Below, piece after piece: positions 17,849-27,676 of a DNA stretch of 64,000 nt. Within the stretch, counting starts at the first letter, position 1. Every line of letters begins with the position of its first letter. The notes beneath the pieces were generated by a model, which saw nothing but the letters and a program-made list of their open reading frames with translations, made no database searches and was not told where the DNA came from. This DNA is from Clostridiaceae bacterium UBA6110. Its GTDB lineage: Bacteria; Bacillota; Clostridia; Clostridiales; Clostridiaceae. The DNA is taken from assembly GCA_002428415.1 (NCBI GenBank), contig DIWI01000011.1, positions 1,423 to 65,422 of the forward strand, in the 5' to 3' direction. The position numbers and the translations under genes were made by a program.

Positions 17849-19528
17849 TCATTTTTCATATTTTCGTTTAAGCTCATCCGATTTTCCGATGATATCCCTG
17901 GCAGAGCTGACTGTTACGTCGGAGATGACACTGCCGCCAATCATCTTGGCAAGCTCCATGGCCTTTCCCTCAGGATCAAGTTTCCTGACCCTTGTGATCG
18001 TCCTTCCGCTCTTCTCCAGCTTCTCGACTACAAAATGGTTGTCTGAGAACGCCGCAATCTGAGGCAGGTGAGTTACACAGAATACCTGGAAGCCATTTGA
18101 GAGAGAGTACATCTTTTCACCTACCGCTTCAGCTACCCTTCCGCTGATACCAGTATCGATCTCATCGAATATCACTGACGGAGTCCTGTCCTTGGCTATA
18201 AAGGCAACTTTCATTGCAAGCATGATCCTTGAGAGCTCTCCTCCTGAAACCACCTTTTCAAGGGGCTTCCTTGGTTCACCAAGGTTTGTGGAAATAAGGA
18301 AGCTGACCCTGTCCATACCAGTTTCACCTATGTTTCCATCGTTTGCCACCTCTACAGAGAAGTCCGCCTTTTCAAGTCCGATGAACTTCATCTCACTGTT
18401 GATCCTTTCTGAAAGAAGTGTTCCACCGTACTCTCTTTTTTGTGTGATAGCCTTTCCGAGCTCCCTAAGCCTGTCTTCAGTTTTCGAGATTGAGATTTTT
18501 ATCTCCTCGATTATCGCTTCCTGGTTCACTATTTCATCAAGCTGCTTCCTTGATTCATCAAGGTGCGATAGCACTGCCTCGGTATCCTTGCCGTACTTCT
18601 TCTTTAGCATCTCATAGGTATGGAGTCTCTGGTTAACCTGTTCCAGCTCGTCAGCATCGAAATATATTTCCTGGTTCAGCCTCTCAAGGTCCCTGGCAAC
18701 CTCCTCCATGGAATAGAAGGCTTCTTCAAGGCCCTTGTGGGCTACTCCTGCCTTCTCGATTATCCTGGCTACAGATCCAAGGCTCTTAAGCGCCATACGG
18801 CACCTGTCAAGGGCTCCGTCTTCACCGTCGAGCATTTCAAGTGCTCCGCCAAGGCCTGTTGAAAGCTTCTCGGCATTGACAAGCATATGAAGCTTCTCAC
18901 CAAGCTCTTTTTCTTCATCAACTCCAAGCTTCGCATCATCTATATCCTTGATCTGGTAGGCAAGATAGTCAATGAGCCTTTCCCTGTCCTTACCGCCTTT
19001 CATGGATGATAGCCTTGCCCTCTGCTTCTGAAGCTCACCGTACTTTTCAGTATAGGCAAGGTAGTCAGGTTCCTTTTCGATCCCTATGTAGCTGTCCAGG
19101 TATTCAAGGTGCCTTGCAGTGTCCAGCAGGTTCTGGTTGTTGTGCTGGCCGTGTATGTCCAGGAGCTCCCTGCCTATTTCCTTGAGCTGGCCCACAAGTA
19201 CAGTCCTTCCGTTGACCCTTGCGGTGTTCTTGCCCGAGGTGAAGGTTTCCCTGGAGACCACAAGCTCGTCTTCAAAAGGTATCCCCATGGCTTCCAGTAC
19301 AGGCTTCACCCCTTCGGTCACTGAAAATACAGCCTCAACAAAGGCGCTTTCTGCTCCGGTCCTTATCGCATCCCTTGCAAACTTCCCGCCAAGCACAAAG
19401 CTTATGGAGTCTATGAGTATTGATTTACCTGCTCCGGTTTCACCGGTCAGGATGCTGTAGCCACTGTCAAACGTTATGTCAAGACTGTCTATGAGAGCAA
19501 AATTCCTAACATTCAGCTGAATCAGCAT
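17849..19528 (-). CDS. recN: DNA repair protein RecN
   Basis: Walker A GETGAGKSILIDSI, a coiled-coil middle region and the signature GGELSRIMLAMK. 559 aa. Confidence 0.95.
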   Translation of the reverse strand: MLIQLNVRNFALIDSLDITFDSGYSILTGETGAGKSILIDSISFVLGGKFARDAIRTGAESAFVEAVFSVTEGVKPVLEAMGIPFEDELVVSRETFTSGKNTARVNGRTVLVGQLKEIGRELLDIHGQHNNQNLLDTARHLEYLDSYIGIEKEPDYLAYTEKYGELQKQRARLSSMKGGKDRERLIDYLAYQIKDIDDAKLGVDEEKELGEKLHMLVNAEKLSTGLGGALEMLDGEDGALDRCRMALKSLGSVARIIEKAGVAHKGLEEAFYSMEEVARDLERLNQEIYFDADELEQVNQRLHTYEMLKKKYGKDTEAVLSHLDESRKQLDEIVNQEAIIEEIKISISKTEDRLRELGKAITQKREYGGTLLSERINSEMKFIGLEKADFSVEVANDGNIGETGMDRVSFLISTNLGEPRKPLEKVVSGGELSRIMLAMKVAFIAKDRTPSVIFDEIDTGISGRVAEAVGEKMYSLSNGFQVFCVTHLPQIAAFSDNHFVVEKLEKSGRTITRVRKLDPEGKAMELAKMIGGSVISDVTVSSARDIIGKSDELKRKYEK

Positions 19529-19529
19529 A

Positions 19530-19982
19530 CTATTTCCTCATCATTGAACTTATCTTCTCAACGAGGTCCCTCGCCTTCTCGACAGTCCTCACCAGGATGA
19601 AGATGGTGTTGTCTCCTGCTATTGTCCCGGCAATCTCTGTCAGGTCAAGCTGGTCGATGGCTTCAGCAGCAGCAGAAGCTGACGCTGTTATCGTCTTGAC
19701 TATGACGAACTTATCCAGTGATTCGACTGATACTACAGTCTGTTCGAGGATTGAAACGAGCTTCTCACCCATGTCCTTGCCTTCGTCCCTGGAAATGACA
19801 TACTTGTACCTTCCCTTAGAGTTCAGCATCTTTACGAGCTGCAGGTTCTTGATGTCCCTTGATACCGTAGCCTGGGTAACGTTGAAGCCGAGTCTTCTCA
19901 GCTCCTCTGCCAGCTCCTCCTGTGTCTCGATGTCCTTGTTCGATACTATTTCCAAAATCCTTGAGCGTCTGTCCGTTTTCAA
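19530..19982 (-). CDS. argR: Arginine repressor
   Basis: [15 protein letters not shown] and the C-terminal [12 protein letters not shown]. The preferred start is TTG 19982, 6 nt after GGGGGG, which removes the overlap with nadK. The ORF track extends it to 20060. Confidence 0.9.
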   Translation of the reverse strand: MKTDRRSRILEIVSNKDIETQEELAEELRRLGFNVTQATVSRDIKNLQLVKMLNSKGRYKYVISRDEGKDMGEKLVSILEQTVVSVESLDKFVIVKTITASASAAAEAIDQLDLTEIAGTIAGDNTIFILVRTVEKARDLVEKISSMMRK

Positions 19983-19983
19983 A

Positions 19984-20820
19984 TTATTCCCCCCTGTTGA
20001 TATCCATTGCTTTATATAATATCTTCTTTCTAAGTACGCTGAAGTAGTCGTAGTCCGCAAGCCTCAAGACTTTGCAAGGAAAAGCCGCCTTGCCTATCCT
20101 TATGGTCACGTCCTCGTTGAGGACCTCATGCTCCTGTCCGTCAACGGAAAGGTAGTATTCAGCCTCATCCATGTCAACCCTTACCTCGACCTCCTGGGTG
20201 CTGTTAAGCACCAGGTTCCTGACCCCGTAGGTATGGGGACAGATTGCGGTTATGCATATTGCATCCGCCGTAGGGTATACTATCGGGCCTCCTGCAGAAA
20301 GATTGTAGGCTGTGGACCCTGTCGGAGTGCTCACTATTATCCCGTCACCCCTGTACCTTGTACAGAAATTCATGTCGACAAACAGTTCAAAGTCCAGAAT
20401 GTTGCTGAGGGCACCCTTTGAGACCACTATGTCGTTAAGTGCGACATATGTCTTTGTTATACCGTCATTTTCGAATGAACACTCAAGCATCATCCTCTCC
20501 TCAATGGAAAAGCTGCCATCCTCTATGTTCTCTATAGCCTTTCTCAGGTCCTTGATCTCAGCTCCGGTCATGAAGCCTACAGTGCCTATGTTGACTCCAA
20601 GGATCGGAAGTCCAAACCTTGAAGCAATCCTTGCTGCTGAAAGGAGAGTTCCGTCTCCTCCAAGAACTATGAGAAGCTCCTGGCCGCATATGTCTTCAGG
20701 TCCCGTGACCTTGCTGATGTTGACATCAGCAAGCACTTCCCTGAGGATCCTTACAGTCTCAGCCTCGTATATGCCTTCCGGGTCTTTTCTCTTGTTGTTG
20801 TAAATCCCAATGTTCTTCAT
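19984..20820 (-). CDS. nadK: NAD+ kinase
   Basis: [13 protein letters not shown] and NDIVVSKG motifs; 278 aa. Confidence 0.9.
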   Translation of the reverse strand: MKNIGIYNNKRKDPEGIYEAETVRILREVLADVNISKVTGPEDICGQELLIVLGGDGTLLSAARIASRFGLPILGVNIGTVGFMTGAEIKDLRKAIENIEDGSFSIEERMMLECSFENDGITKTYVALNDIVVSKGALSNILDFELFVDMNFCTRYRGDGIIVSTPTGSTAYNLSAGGPIVYPTADAICITAICPHTYGVRNLVLNSTQEVEVRVDMDEAEYYLSVDGQEHEVLNEDVTIRIGKAAFPCKVLRLADYDYFSVLRKKILYKAMDINRGE

Positions 20821-20840
20821 GCAAAGCCTCCACTGGCAGG

Positions 20841-21641
20841 TTAAAGCGCATGTGCACCATCAACGACCTTTATTATCGATTCATCCATTTCGAAGACTAT
20901 ACCCTTGTCAGGTTTTCCGAAATAAACAAGGAATTCAACATTGCCTTCAGGTCCCTTGATCGGAGAGAAGTCCAGCCCATAAATGCGGCAGCCGGTGCCG
21001 ATGATGAAGTCACAGATTTTGCGTATGACCTCCTCATGGACCTTCCTGTCCTTGACCACTCCATGCTTTCCGACCTGTTCCCTGCCAGCCTCGAACTGGG
21101 GCTTTATAAGGGCTACCATGGTACCCGACTCCTTCATGAGTGAGAGTGCCGGCGGTATTATCTTCATTATGGAGATGAATGAGACGTCTGTGGCTGCAAA
21201 GTCTATCTCGTCAGGGATATCCTCCCTTGTTGCATACCTGAAATTCATCCTCTCGAGGCATACCACCCTGGGATCTGTCCTAAGCTTCCAGGCGAACTGC
21301 CCGTAGCCCACATCCACAGAATACACCCTGGCGGCTCCACGCTGGAGGCACACATCAGTGAAGCCACCGGTGGATGCTCCTATGTCCAGGCAGGTAAAGC
21401 CCTTAAGGTCTATCCCGAAGGTCGTCACAGCCTTGTCCAGCTTATAGCCGCCCCTTGATACAAAGGGCATCTTCTCACCCCTGAACTCAAAAGCAGACTC
21501 AGTGTCGTATTTCGCTCCCGGCTTGTCTGCCTTCATCCCGTCCGCATAGACCTTTCCGGTCATTATAGCGGCCCTTGCCTTTTCACGGGTCTCGAAGAGT
21601 CCCTTGTCGACAAGTATGGTATCAAGTCTCTCCTTACTCAT
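20841..21641 (-). CDS. tlyA: TlyA family rRNA 2'-O-methyltransferase
   Basis: S4 domain (RLDTILVDKGLFETREKARAAIMTGKVYADG) and an FtsJ SAM site (LDIGASTGGFTDV). The start is taken at ATG 21641 (MSKERLD); the longer track ORF runs antisense into dxs. Confidence 0.9.
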   Translation of the reverse strand: MSKERLDTILVDKGLFETREKARAAIMTGKVYADGMKADKPGAKYDTESAFEFRGEKMPFVSRGGYKLDKAVTTFGIDLKGFTCLDIGASTGGFTDVCLQRGAARVYSVDVGYGQFAWKLRTDPRVVCLERMNFRYATREDIPDEIDFAATDVSFISIMKIIPPALSLMKESGTMVALIKPQFEAGREQVGKHGVVKDRKVHEEVIRKICDFIIGTGCRIYGLDFSPIKGPEGNVEFLVYFGKPDKGIVFEMDESIIKVVDGAHAL

Positions 21642-23514
21642 CGCATTCACCTTTGCAGAGCCTTGCAGCAATCTTCGAAACAATGGAATCAGTATCCAGG
21701 CCGTAATGCCTGTAAAGTGATTCAGGGTCTCCCTGGACAACAAAAGTATCCCTGAAGCCAAACCTGACAACAGTTGCAGAGAGTCCCATATCGTTAACAG
21801 CTTCAAGTATCTGGGAGCCAAGCCCACCATGTACCACATTGTCCTCAAGGGTTACTATCGCCATATTCTCTTCACAGTGCTTCCTTATCATTTCAAAGTC
21901 AACCGGCTTTATGAAGCAGGCGTTGATTATACCGAACCTCAGGCCTTTGCCCTCAAGCTCCTTTACAACAGCTTCCGCTCTCTGGACCATCTTTCCAGTA
22001 GCATATATGTACCCATCCGTGCCTTCAGTAATTATTTCAAACTTTCCAGGAGTGAATTCAGAAAGTGCCTCCGGATCATATCCAGCAGGGTCACCGCCTC
22101 TGGGATACCTTATGGCTAGCGGTCCGTCGAAGCTTTCTGACCAGAGGACCATGTTGTGAAGCTCCTTAAGAGATTTTGGCGCCATGATCGTAAGGTTCGG
22201 TACTGCACTTAAGAATGACAGGTCCAGGATCCCCTGGTGAGTCTCTCCGTCGTCGCCTACAATTCCAGCCCTGTCTATTCCGATCACTACCGGCAGCTTC
22301 TGTATGCAAATGTCATGTATGACCTGGTCGTAAGCCCTCTGGAGGAATGTGGAGTATATGCCGATGTACGGCTTCATCCCTGCTACGGCAAGACCTGCGG
22401 CAAGTGTCGCAGCATGCTGCTCTGCTATTCCCACATCAAAGAAACGTGCCGGGAATTCCTTCTTGAATGCGGATAGACCCGTCCCGTCAGGCATTGCTGC
22501 GGTAATCGCACACACCTTGCCATTCTTTCTCCCGAGCTCAGTCACCGCTTCCCCGAAAACCTTGGAGTAGGTCACCTTGACCTTGGACATGACCTCACCG
22601 TTCTGCTTGTTGAAAGGGGCTATGCCATGGAACTGGTCCGGCCTCTTCTCGGAAGCGACATATCCCTTGCCCTTCTGTGTCCTCACATGTACGATAACCG
22701 GCCCGTTGAAATCCCTTGCCACCTTCAGGACCTTGCTCATGTCCTTGATGTTGTGGCCGTCAACAGGCCCAAGGTATTTCAGTCCCATGTCCTCGAACAG
22801 CATCCCAGGTACCAGCATGGTCTTGACGCTGTTCTTTATCCTCATCATTCCCGTGTTCAAGGTCCTTCCCATTGGCATCCTGTCTATGGTGTCCTGTATG
22901 TCCTTCTTTACCTTCTCATAGTAGTTGTCGCCTCTCAGCTGAGAAAGATATGTGCTTATTCCACCCACGTTCCTTGATATGGACATCTGGTTGTCGTTCA
23001 GCACTATGACCATTCTGGTCTTTGAAAATCCCAGGTCATTCAGTGCCTCAAAAGCCATACCTCCGGTAAGGGCACCGTCTCCGATCACCGATATGACGTT
23101 GTAGTCGTCACCGGCTATGTCCCTTGCCCTGGCGTAGCCAAGGCCTGCGCTTATGGAAGTGCTGGAATGGCCAGTGTCGAAGGCATCATATTTTGATTCT
23201 TCCCTTTTTGGAAATCCGCTTAAGCCCTTATATTTCCTGAGCCTCACGAATTCATCAAGCCTGTGCGTAAGCATCTTGTGCACATAGCTCTGATGTCCCA
23301 CATCGTATATTATCCTGTCCTTTTCAAGGTCAAAGACATTGAAGAGGGCTACGGTAAGCTCAACTACTCCAAGATTCGGAGCAAGATGCCCTCCGGTCTT
23401 GGATACCGATTCGATAAGAAATGCCCTTATCTCGTCTGAAAGCTGGTATAGCTCATCCATGGTCAATTCTTTGATGTCTTCAGGATTCCTGTATCTGTCC
23501 CTCAATATACCCAT
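21634..23514 (-). CDS. dxs: 1-deoxy-D-xylulose-5-phosphate synthase
   Basis: The GHSSTSISAGLG and GDGALTGGMAFEALN motifs mark the ThDP site. 626 aa. Confidence 0.95.
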   Translation of the reverse strand: MGILRDRYRNPEDIKELTMDELYQLSDEIRAFLIESVSKTGGHLAPNLGVVELTVALFNVFDLEKDRIIYDVGHQSYVHKMLTHRLDEFVRLRKYKGLSGFPKREESKYDAFDTGHSSTSISAGLGYARARDIAGDDYNVISVIGDGALTGGMAFEALNDLGFSKTRMVIVLNDNQMSISRNVGGISTYLSQLRGDNYYEKVKKDIQDTIDRMPMGRTLNTGMMRIKNSVKTMLVPGMLFEDMGLKYLGPVDGHNIKDMSKVLKVARDFNGPVIVHVRTQKGKGYVASEKRPDQFHGIAPFNKQNGEVMSKVKVTYSKVFGEAVTELGRKNGKVCAITAAMPDGTGLSAFKKEFPARFFDVGIAEQHAATLAAGLAVAGMKPYIGIYSTFLQRAYDQVIHDICIQKLPVVIGIDRAGIVGDDGETHQGILDLSFLSAVPNLTIMAPKSLKELHNMVLWSESFDGPLAIRYPRGGDPAGYDPEALSEFTPGKFEIITEGTDGYIYATGKMVQRAEAVVKELEGKGLRFGIINACFIKPVDFEMIRKHCEENMAIVTLEDNVVHGGLGSQILEAVNDMGLSATVVRFGFRDTFVVQGDPESLYRHYGLDTDSIVSKIAARLCKGECDE

Positions 23515-23529
23515 TTGAATTCTTCCTTA

Positions 23530-24396
23530 CTAATGATTTCTTTGAAGCAAAGCTAGACACATCTCCCACAGCTGTGCCGTATCCCTGTCAAGACCCTTTA
23601 GAATGCCCAGGCACTCTTCTGTCAGACCTTTTGCCATCTCTTCGCTTTTCTCAAGACCGAAGAGGGAGACATACGTGGTTTTTTGGCTTGTCTCATCTTT
23701 TCCGGGAGTCTTTCCGAGAACCTCTTTCGTAGACGTCCTGTCAAGGATGTCATCCTTTATCTGGAACGCAAGACCTAGCTTCAGTCCAAGTTCCCTCATG
23801 GCTTTCCGTTCATCACCATCTGCCCCGAAAAGAACTGCAGGTGCTTCCAGTGAAGCAGCTATAAGCATTCCGGTCTTGAGCTCATGGCAACCCTTAAGCT
23901 CGTCATAGCTGGCGACCCTTCCCTCATTCTCAAGGTCTCTCACCTGGCCCTCGACCATACCTTCCCTGCCCGCTGCAAGTGATACCGTGAGAGCCGCTTC
24001 AGCCCCGCGGGCTCCTCTGTTTACAGCATTCCTTATAAGCAGGCTGTGAGCCTCATTAAGAAGTGCGTCACCTGCAAGTATCGCCATGGCTTCACCGAAA
24101 ACCTTGTGGTTAGTTGGCTTTCCTCTCCTAAGGTCATCATTGTCCATTGCAGGCAAATCATCATGTATCAGCGAATAGGTGTGTATCATCTCGATTGCCA
24201 TTGCCAGAGGCATGGCTTCCTCAACGCTTCCCCCGAACATCTCAGAAGCAATAAGTGCCATGACCGGCCTTATCCTCTTTCCCCCCTGCTCCACGCTGTA
24301 TGCCATCGCACCGGCTAGCTTGCCATCTCCAAGATTATCCATATATTCCATGAGGCTTTGGTCGACCAGAACCTTGTACTCATCAAGCTCCCTCAA
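23530..24396 (-). CDS. ispA: Farnesyl/geranylgeranyl diphosphate synthase (polyprenyl synthetase)
   Basis: First DDxxD motif in LIHDDLPAMDNDDLRRGKPT and the second in FQIKDDILD. The start is uncertain: in-frame TTG 24396 is proposed, while the track start at 24450 lies inside xseB. Confidence 0.9.
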   Translation of the reverse strand: MRELDEYKVLVDQSLMEYMDNLGDGKLAGAMAYSVEQGGKRIRPVMALIASEMFGGSVEEAMPLAMAIEMIHTYSLIHDDLPAMDNDDLRRGKPTNHKVFGEAMAILAGDALLNEAHSLLIRNAVNRGARGAEAALTVSLAAGREGMVEGQVRDLENEGRVASYDELKGCHELKTGMLIAASLEAPAVLFGADGDERKAMRELGLKLGLAFQIKDDILDRTSTKEVLGKTPGKDETSQKTTYVSLFGLEKSEEMAKGLTEECLGILKGLDRDTAQLWEMCLALLQRNH

Positions 24397-24598
24397 AGTT
24401 CTTCTCACCGCCCTCTTCCATGATCTTGACCTTCTCCTCAGCCTTCTCAAGGATGACGAGAAGCTCTCCGGACAGCTTCACTCCGAGCTCATACTTCAGA
24501 ATGGCTTCTTCAAGCGGCAATCCGCCGTTCTCGAGTTCCTTTATGGCAGCATCGAGCTCTTCCATGATTTCCTTGTAGGTCCTTTTCTTCTTGGCCAT
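24383..24598 (-). CDS. xseB: Exodeoxyribonuclease VII small subunit
   Basis: A 71-aa helical protein with YKEIMEELDAAIKELENGGLPLEEAI, immediately downstream of xseA. Confidence 0.9.
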   Translation of the reverse strand: MAKKKRTYKEIMEELDAAIKELENGGLPLEEAILKYELGVKLSGELLVILEKAEEKVKIMEEGGEKNFEGA

Positions 24599-24600
24599 AT

Positions 24601-25794
24601 CTACCTCTCAATCTCAAGGGTCCTTTCTCCGTTACAGAGCCTGACCCTGATAGTATTCTGAAGATCCAGTTCCTCTACCGTTTTCAGTATTCTGCCGTTT
24701 TCACCATAAACAATGGCGTATCCTCTGCCCAGAACTCCTAGTGGACTGTGCGCCATAAGCAGCTCTGATTTTCCGACGAGGCTGTCCTTTTCATTTTCGA
24801 GCCTGGCACCTATGAGATACCTTAGATGCTCCTTCTTTTCAGAAAGCCTCAGCTGTTCGTTCGCGACGATCGTCGCCGGATTGTTTCTCGAAAGTGCCCT
24901 TCTTCTTGCATCAAGTCTCTCCCTTGAAAGCTCAAGAAGTGAATATGCCGATGACTTGAGCCTAAACCTCAGCACCTCACATCCCCTCTCCATTTCCTTC
25001 AGTGATGGCACAACTAACTCAGCCGCCTGTGAAGGTGTCGCCGCCCTCATGTCAGACACGAAGTCCGCTATTGTATAGTCGACCTCGTGGCCTATGCCAG
25101 TCACCACAGGGATTGGCGACCTCCTTATGGCCCTTGCCAGATTTTCATCATTGAAGGAGAAAAGGTCCTCGAAGGAACCTCCGCCCCTCGCTATTATTAT
25201 GACGTCAAAGCCTCCATGCATTTCAACAGCCTGCAGGGCTTTTATGACACTTTCAGCGGAGCCCTCACCTTGCACCTGGGCAGGGAATATGGTCAGAGAG
25301 ACCTTCCGGTTCCTCTTGGTCGCCACGTTGATTATGTCCTGAACTGCAGCACCTGTCCTTGAGGTTATCACAGCAACCTTATCAGGATATTCAGGTATCT
25401 CCCTCTTTTCAGATGCATCGAAGAGTCCTTCACTGGCAAGTAGCGCCTTGATCCTCTCGAACTCCAGATGCAGGTCACCGAGCCCGGTTTCCTGCATTGA
25501 AGCCGCATATAGCTGGTAGGCCCCTTCCTTCACGTATACGCTTACACGTCCGCTGCAGATTGCCTTCATTCCGTCTTTCGGCTTGAATTTAAGGCCGGCT
25601 GCCTCCCCTCTGAACATGACGCAGTTTATCTTGGAGTTCTCGTCCTTCAGGGAAAAATAAAGATGCCCGGAGCTGTGTGCCTTGAAATTTGATATCTCAC
25701 CGGCAACCATCACGTTGCCAAGAATGAAGTCATTGTCGAAGTTCCTTTTTACATATGTGTTGAGGTCGGATACCGACATCGTACGAAGCTTCAT
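24601..25794 (-). CDS. xseA: Exodeoxyribonuclease VII large subunit
   Basis: N-terminal OB fold (VSDLNTYVKRNFDNDFILGNVMVAGEISNFK) and the catalytic region IIIARGGGSFEDL. Confidence 0.95.
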   Translation of the reverse strand: MKLRTMSVSDLNTYVKRNFDNDFILGNVMVAGEISNFKAHSSGHLYFSLKDENSKINCVMFRGEAAGLKFKPKDGMKAICSGRVSVYVKEGAYQLYAASMQETGLGDLHLEFERIKALLASEGLFDASEKREIPEYPDKVAVITSRTGAAVQDIINVATKRNRKVSLTIFPAQVQGEGSAESVIKALQAVEMHGGFDVIIIARGGGSFEDLFSFNDENLARAIRRSPIPVVTGIGHEVDYTIADFVSDMRAATPSQAAELVVPSLKEMERGCEVLRFRLKSSAYSLLELSRERLDARRRALSRNNPATIVANEQLRLSEKKEHLRYLIGARLENEKDSLVGKSELLMAHSPLGVLGRGYAIVYGENGRILKTVEELDLQNTIRVRLCNGERTLEIER

Positions 25795-26639
25795 CAGACC
25801 ACCTTTTCAGCACATTCCACGAGATTTCTCATAAGCAGCACAGTAGTCAGCATTCCGACTCCGCCTGGCACCTTAGTGGCCATGGAGGCCTTTCCAGTAA
25901 CCTTTGCAAGGTCTACGTCACCTGTGATCCTGCCTTCGAATTCTGAAGTGCCTACGTCAATGACAACCGCACCCTCTCGGATATAGGAATCATCTATCAT
26001 GAGAGGCTTCCCCACCGCAGCCACGACCACATCTCCTGTTTTTGCAACTTCCCTCAAATCTCCGGTCCTTGAATGGCATACTGTGACAGTCATATGTTCC
26101 CTTAGGAGAAGCTGTATAAGAGGCTTCCCTACTATGTTAGACCTTCCTATGATGACTGCATGCATACCTTTGAGCTCCGTTAGGCTTGCCTTAAGGATTT
26201 CCAGAACGCTCTCAGGTGTGCAGGGAGCTACGCCTCCCGAGGTTGACGCCACGAGGCCTATGTTGACCGGATTCACACCGTCCACGTCCTTGGACGGATC
26301 TATCGCCATAGCTACCTTTCCCTCGCTTATCCCTTTAGGAAGAGGAAGCAGCACCATTATCCCATGTACGCTTCCATCGTCATTGAGGTCCTTTATTGTC
26401 CTCAGGAGCTCATCTTCAGCCGTATCTTCCGGAAGTACCATCTTAAGCATCTCAGCCCCGATGGAGTCGCATGCCTTCTTCTGGCTGGCCATGTAATATT
26501 CGGATCCGGGATCGTTTCCGACAAGGATTGTAGCAAGGGTAGGTATGCCTTTGCCGCTTTCCCTAAGCCTCCCGACCCTCACCTTCAGGTCTTCCCTTAC
26601 CCTCTGGGCTATGCTCTTCACATCGATTATCTCTGTCAC
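25794..26639 (-). CDS. folD: Bifunctional methylenetetrahydrofolate dehydrogenase/methenyl-THF cyclohydrolase
   Basis: LATILVGNDPGSEYY, GRSNIVGKP and PGGVGMLT motifs. Confidence 0.95.
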   Translation of the reverse strand: MTEIIDVKSIAQRVREDLKVRVGRLRESGKGIPTLATILVGNDPGSEYYMASQKKACDSIGAEMLKMVLPEDTAEDELLRTIKDLNDDGSVHGIMVLLPLPKGISEGKVAMAIDPSKDVDGVNPVNIGLVASTSGGVAPCTPESVLEILKASLTELKGMHAVIIGRSNIVGKPLIQLLLREHMTVTVCHSRTGDLREVAKTGDVVVAAVGKPLMIDDSYIREGAVVIDVGTSEFEGRITGDVDLAKVTGKASMATKVPGGVGMLTTVLLMRNLVECAEKVV

Positions 26640-26651
26640 CTAAGTTCCTCC

Positions 26652-27047
26652 TCAAGCCTTCACTATCTTGTCAAGTATTCCGTTGATAAATGCGGCTGAC
26701 TGCTCATCCGAATATTTCTTCGAAATCTCGACAGCCTCGTTTATAGATACATTGTGTGGTATGTCCTCAACGTATTTCATCTCATAGAGGGCTACCCTGA
26801 GTATGCTGAGGTTGATCTTCGAGACCCTTGAAAGCTTCCACTTCACGAGGTTTGCCTCGATAAGCGCGTCAAGCTCTTCCCTTTTCTCCATGACTCCGCT
26901 TACTATCATGCTTATGTAGCCTCTGTCAGCTTCCTCAGATTCGCCATATTCCTCGAAGTAGTCTTCAACAAGCTCCTTCGGGTCATTGTCATTTATAGTG
27001 CTCTGGTACACTATCTCCATTGCTATCTCTCTTGATCTTTTTCTCAT
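26652..27047 (-). CDS. nusB: Transcription antitermination factor NusB
   Basis: 131 aa with RSREIAMEIVYQ and AFINGILD motifs, in the conserved asp23-nusB-folD context. Confidence 0.9.
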   Translation of the reverse strand: MRKRSREIAMEIVYQSTINDNDPKELVEDYFEEYGESEEADRGYISMIVSGVMEKREELDALIEANLVKWKLSRVSKINLSILRVALYEMKYVEDIPHNVSINEAVEISKKYSDEQSAAFINGILDKIVKA

Positions 27048-27124
27048 AATAAAGGGCCTGTAGCCCCCTCCTTTGATAATTTATGTCCGCTTCAAAAAAC
27101 CCTCTGTGACCAGAGGGCTTCATG

Positions 27125-27517
27125 TTACTTTTCCTTGGGTTCCTGTTCTTTTCCTTTGACATAGATATTATTCACGAATATGTTTACAGCTGATACCTTG
27201 AGCCCTGTTATGGCCTCAACCGTTGTCAGCACGTTTTCCTGAACTTTCTCCACCACATCAGGTATCCTGAAGCCATACTCGACTGAAATAATCATATCGA
27301 TTATCGCATCCTTCTCTCCGACTGTAACCTTAACACCCTTTGTCACGTTACGCTTGCCTGTGACAACCTGTGTTATTCCGCCTGTCAGGGTTGCCGATAG
27401 ACCTGCGACTCCCTTGATTTCGCTTGCTGCTATACCTGCAATGACCCCGACCACATCCTCTGATATTTTAACCACGCCCTGGCCGTAGGTGTTCTTTGCC
27501 TTTTCGCTCATTTTCAT
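27125..27517 (-). CDS. Asp23/Gls24 family alkaline-shock-like protein
   Basis: KISEDVVGVIAGIAASEIKGVAG motif. Its position matches B. subtilis yqhY, upstream of nusB. Confidence 0.85.
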   Translation of the reverse strand: MKMSEKAKNTYGQGVVKISEDVVGVIAGIAASEIKGVAGLSATLTGGITQVVTGKRNVTKGVKVTVGEKDAIIDMIISVEYGFRIPDVVEKVQENVLTTVEAITGLKVSAVNIFVNNIYVKGKEQEPKEK

Positions 27518-27611
27518 CCTCCTGACTTCAAGAACTGCTTAAAATCATTATATCAAAAGGACAAATCAAATACAATTGAACAGGCTATAATTATGCATAA
27601 GCCGATGCATA

Positions 27612-27666
27612 TTCACAATAAAATAAGGAATCCATAAGGATGCATATTCATCCCCATGGATTCCTT
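27612..27666 (-). terminator. adhE intrinsic terminator
   Basis: An 11-bp stem, AAGGAATCCAT (27625-35) with ATGGATTCCTT (27656-66). On the minus strand it is followed by AUUUUAUUG. Confidence 0.75.
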
Positions 27667-27676
27667 ATATTTTTAT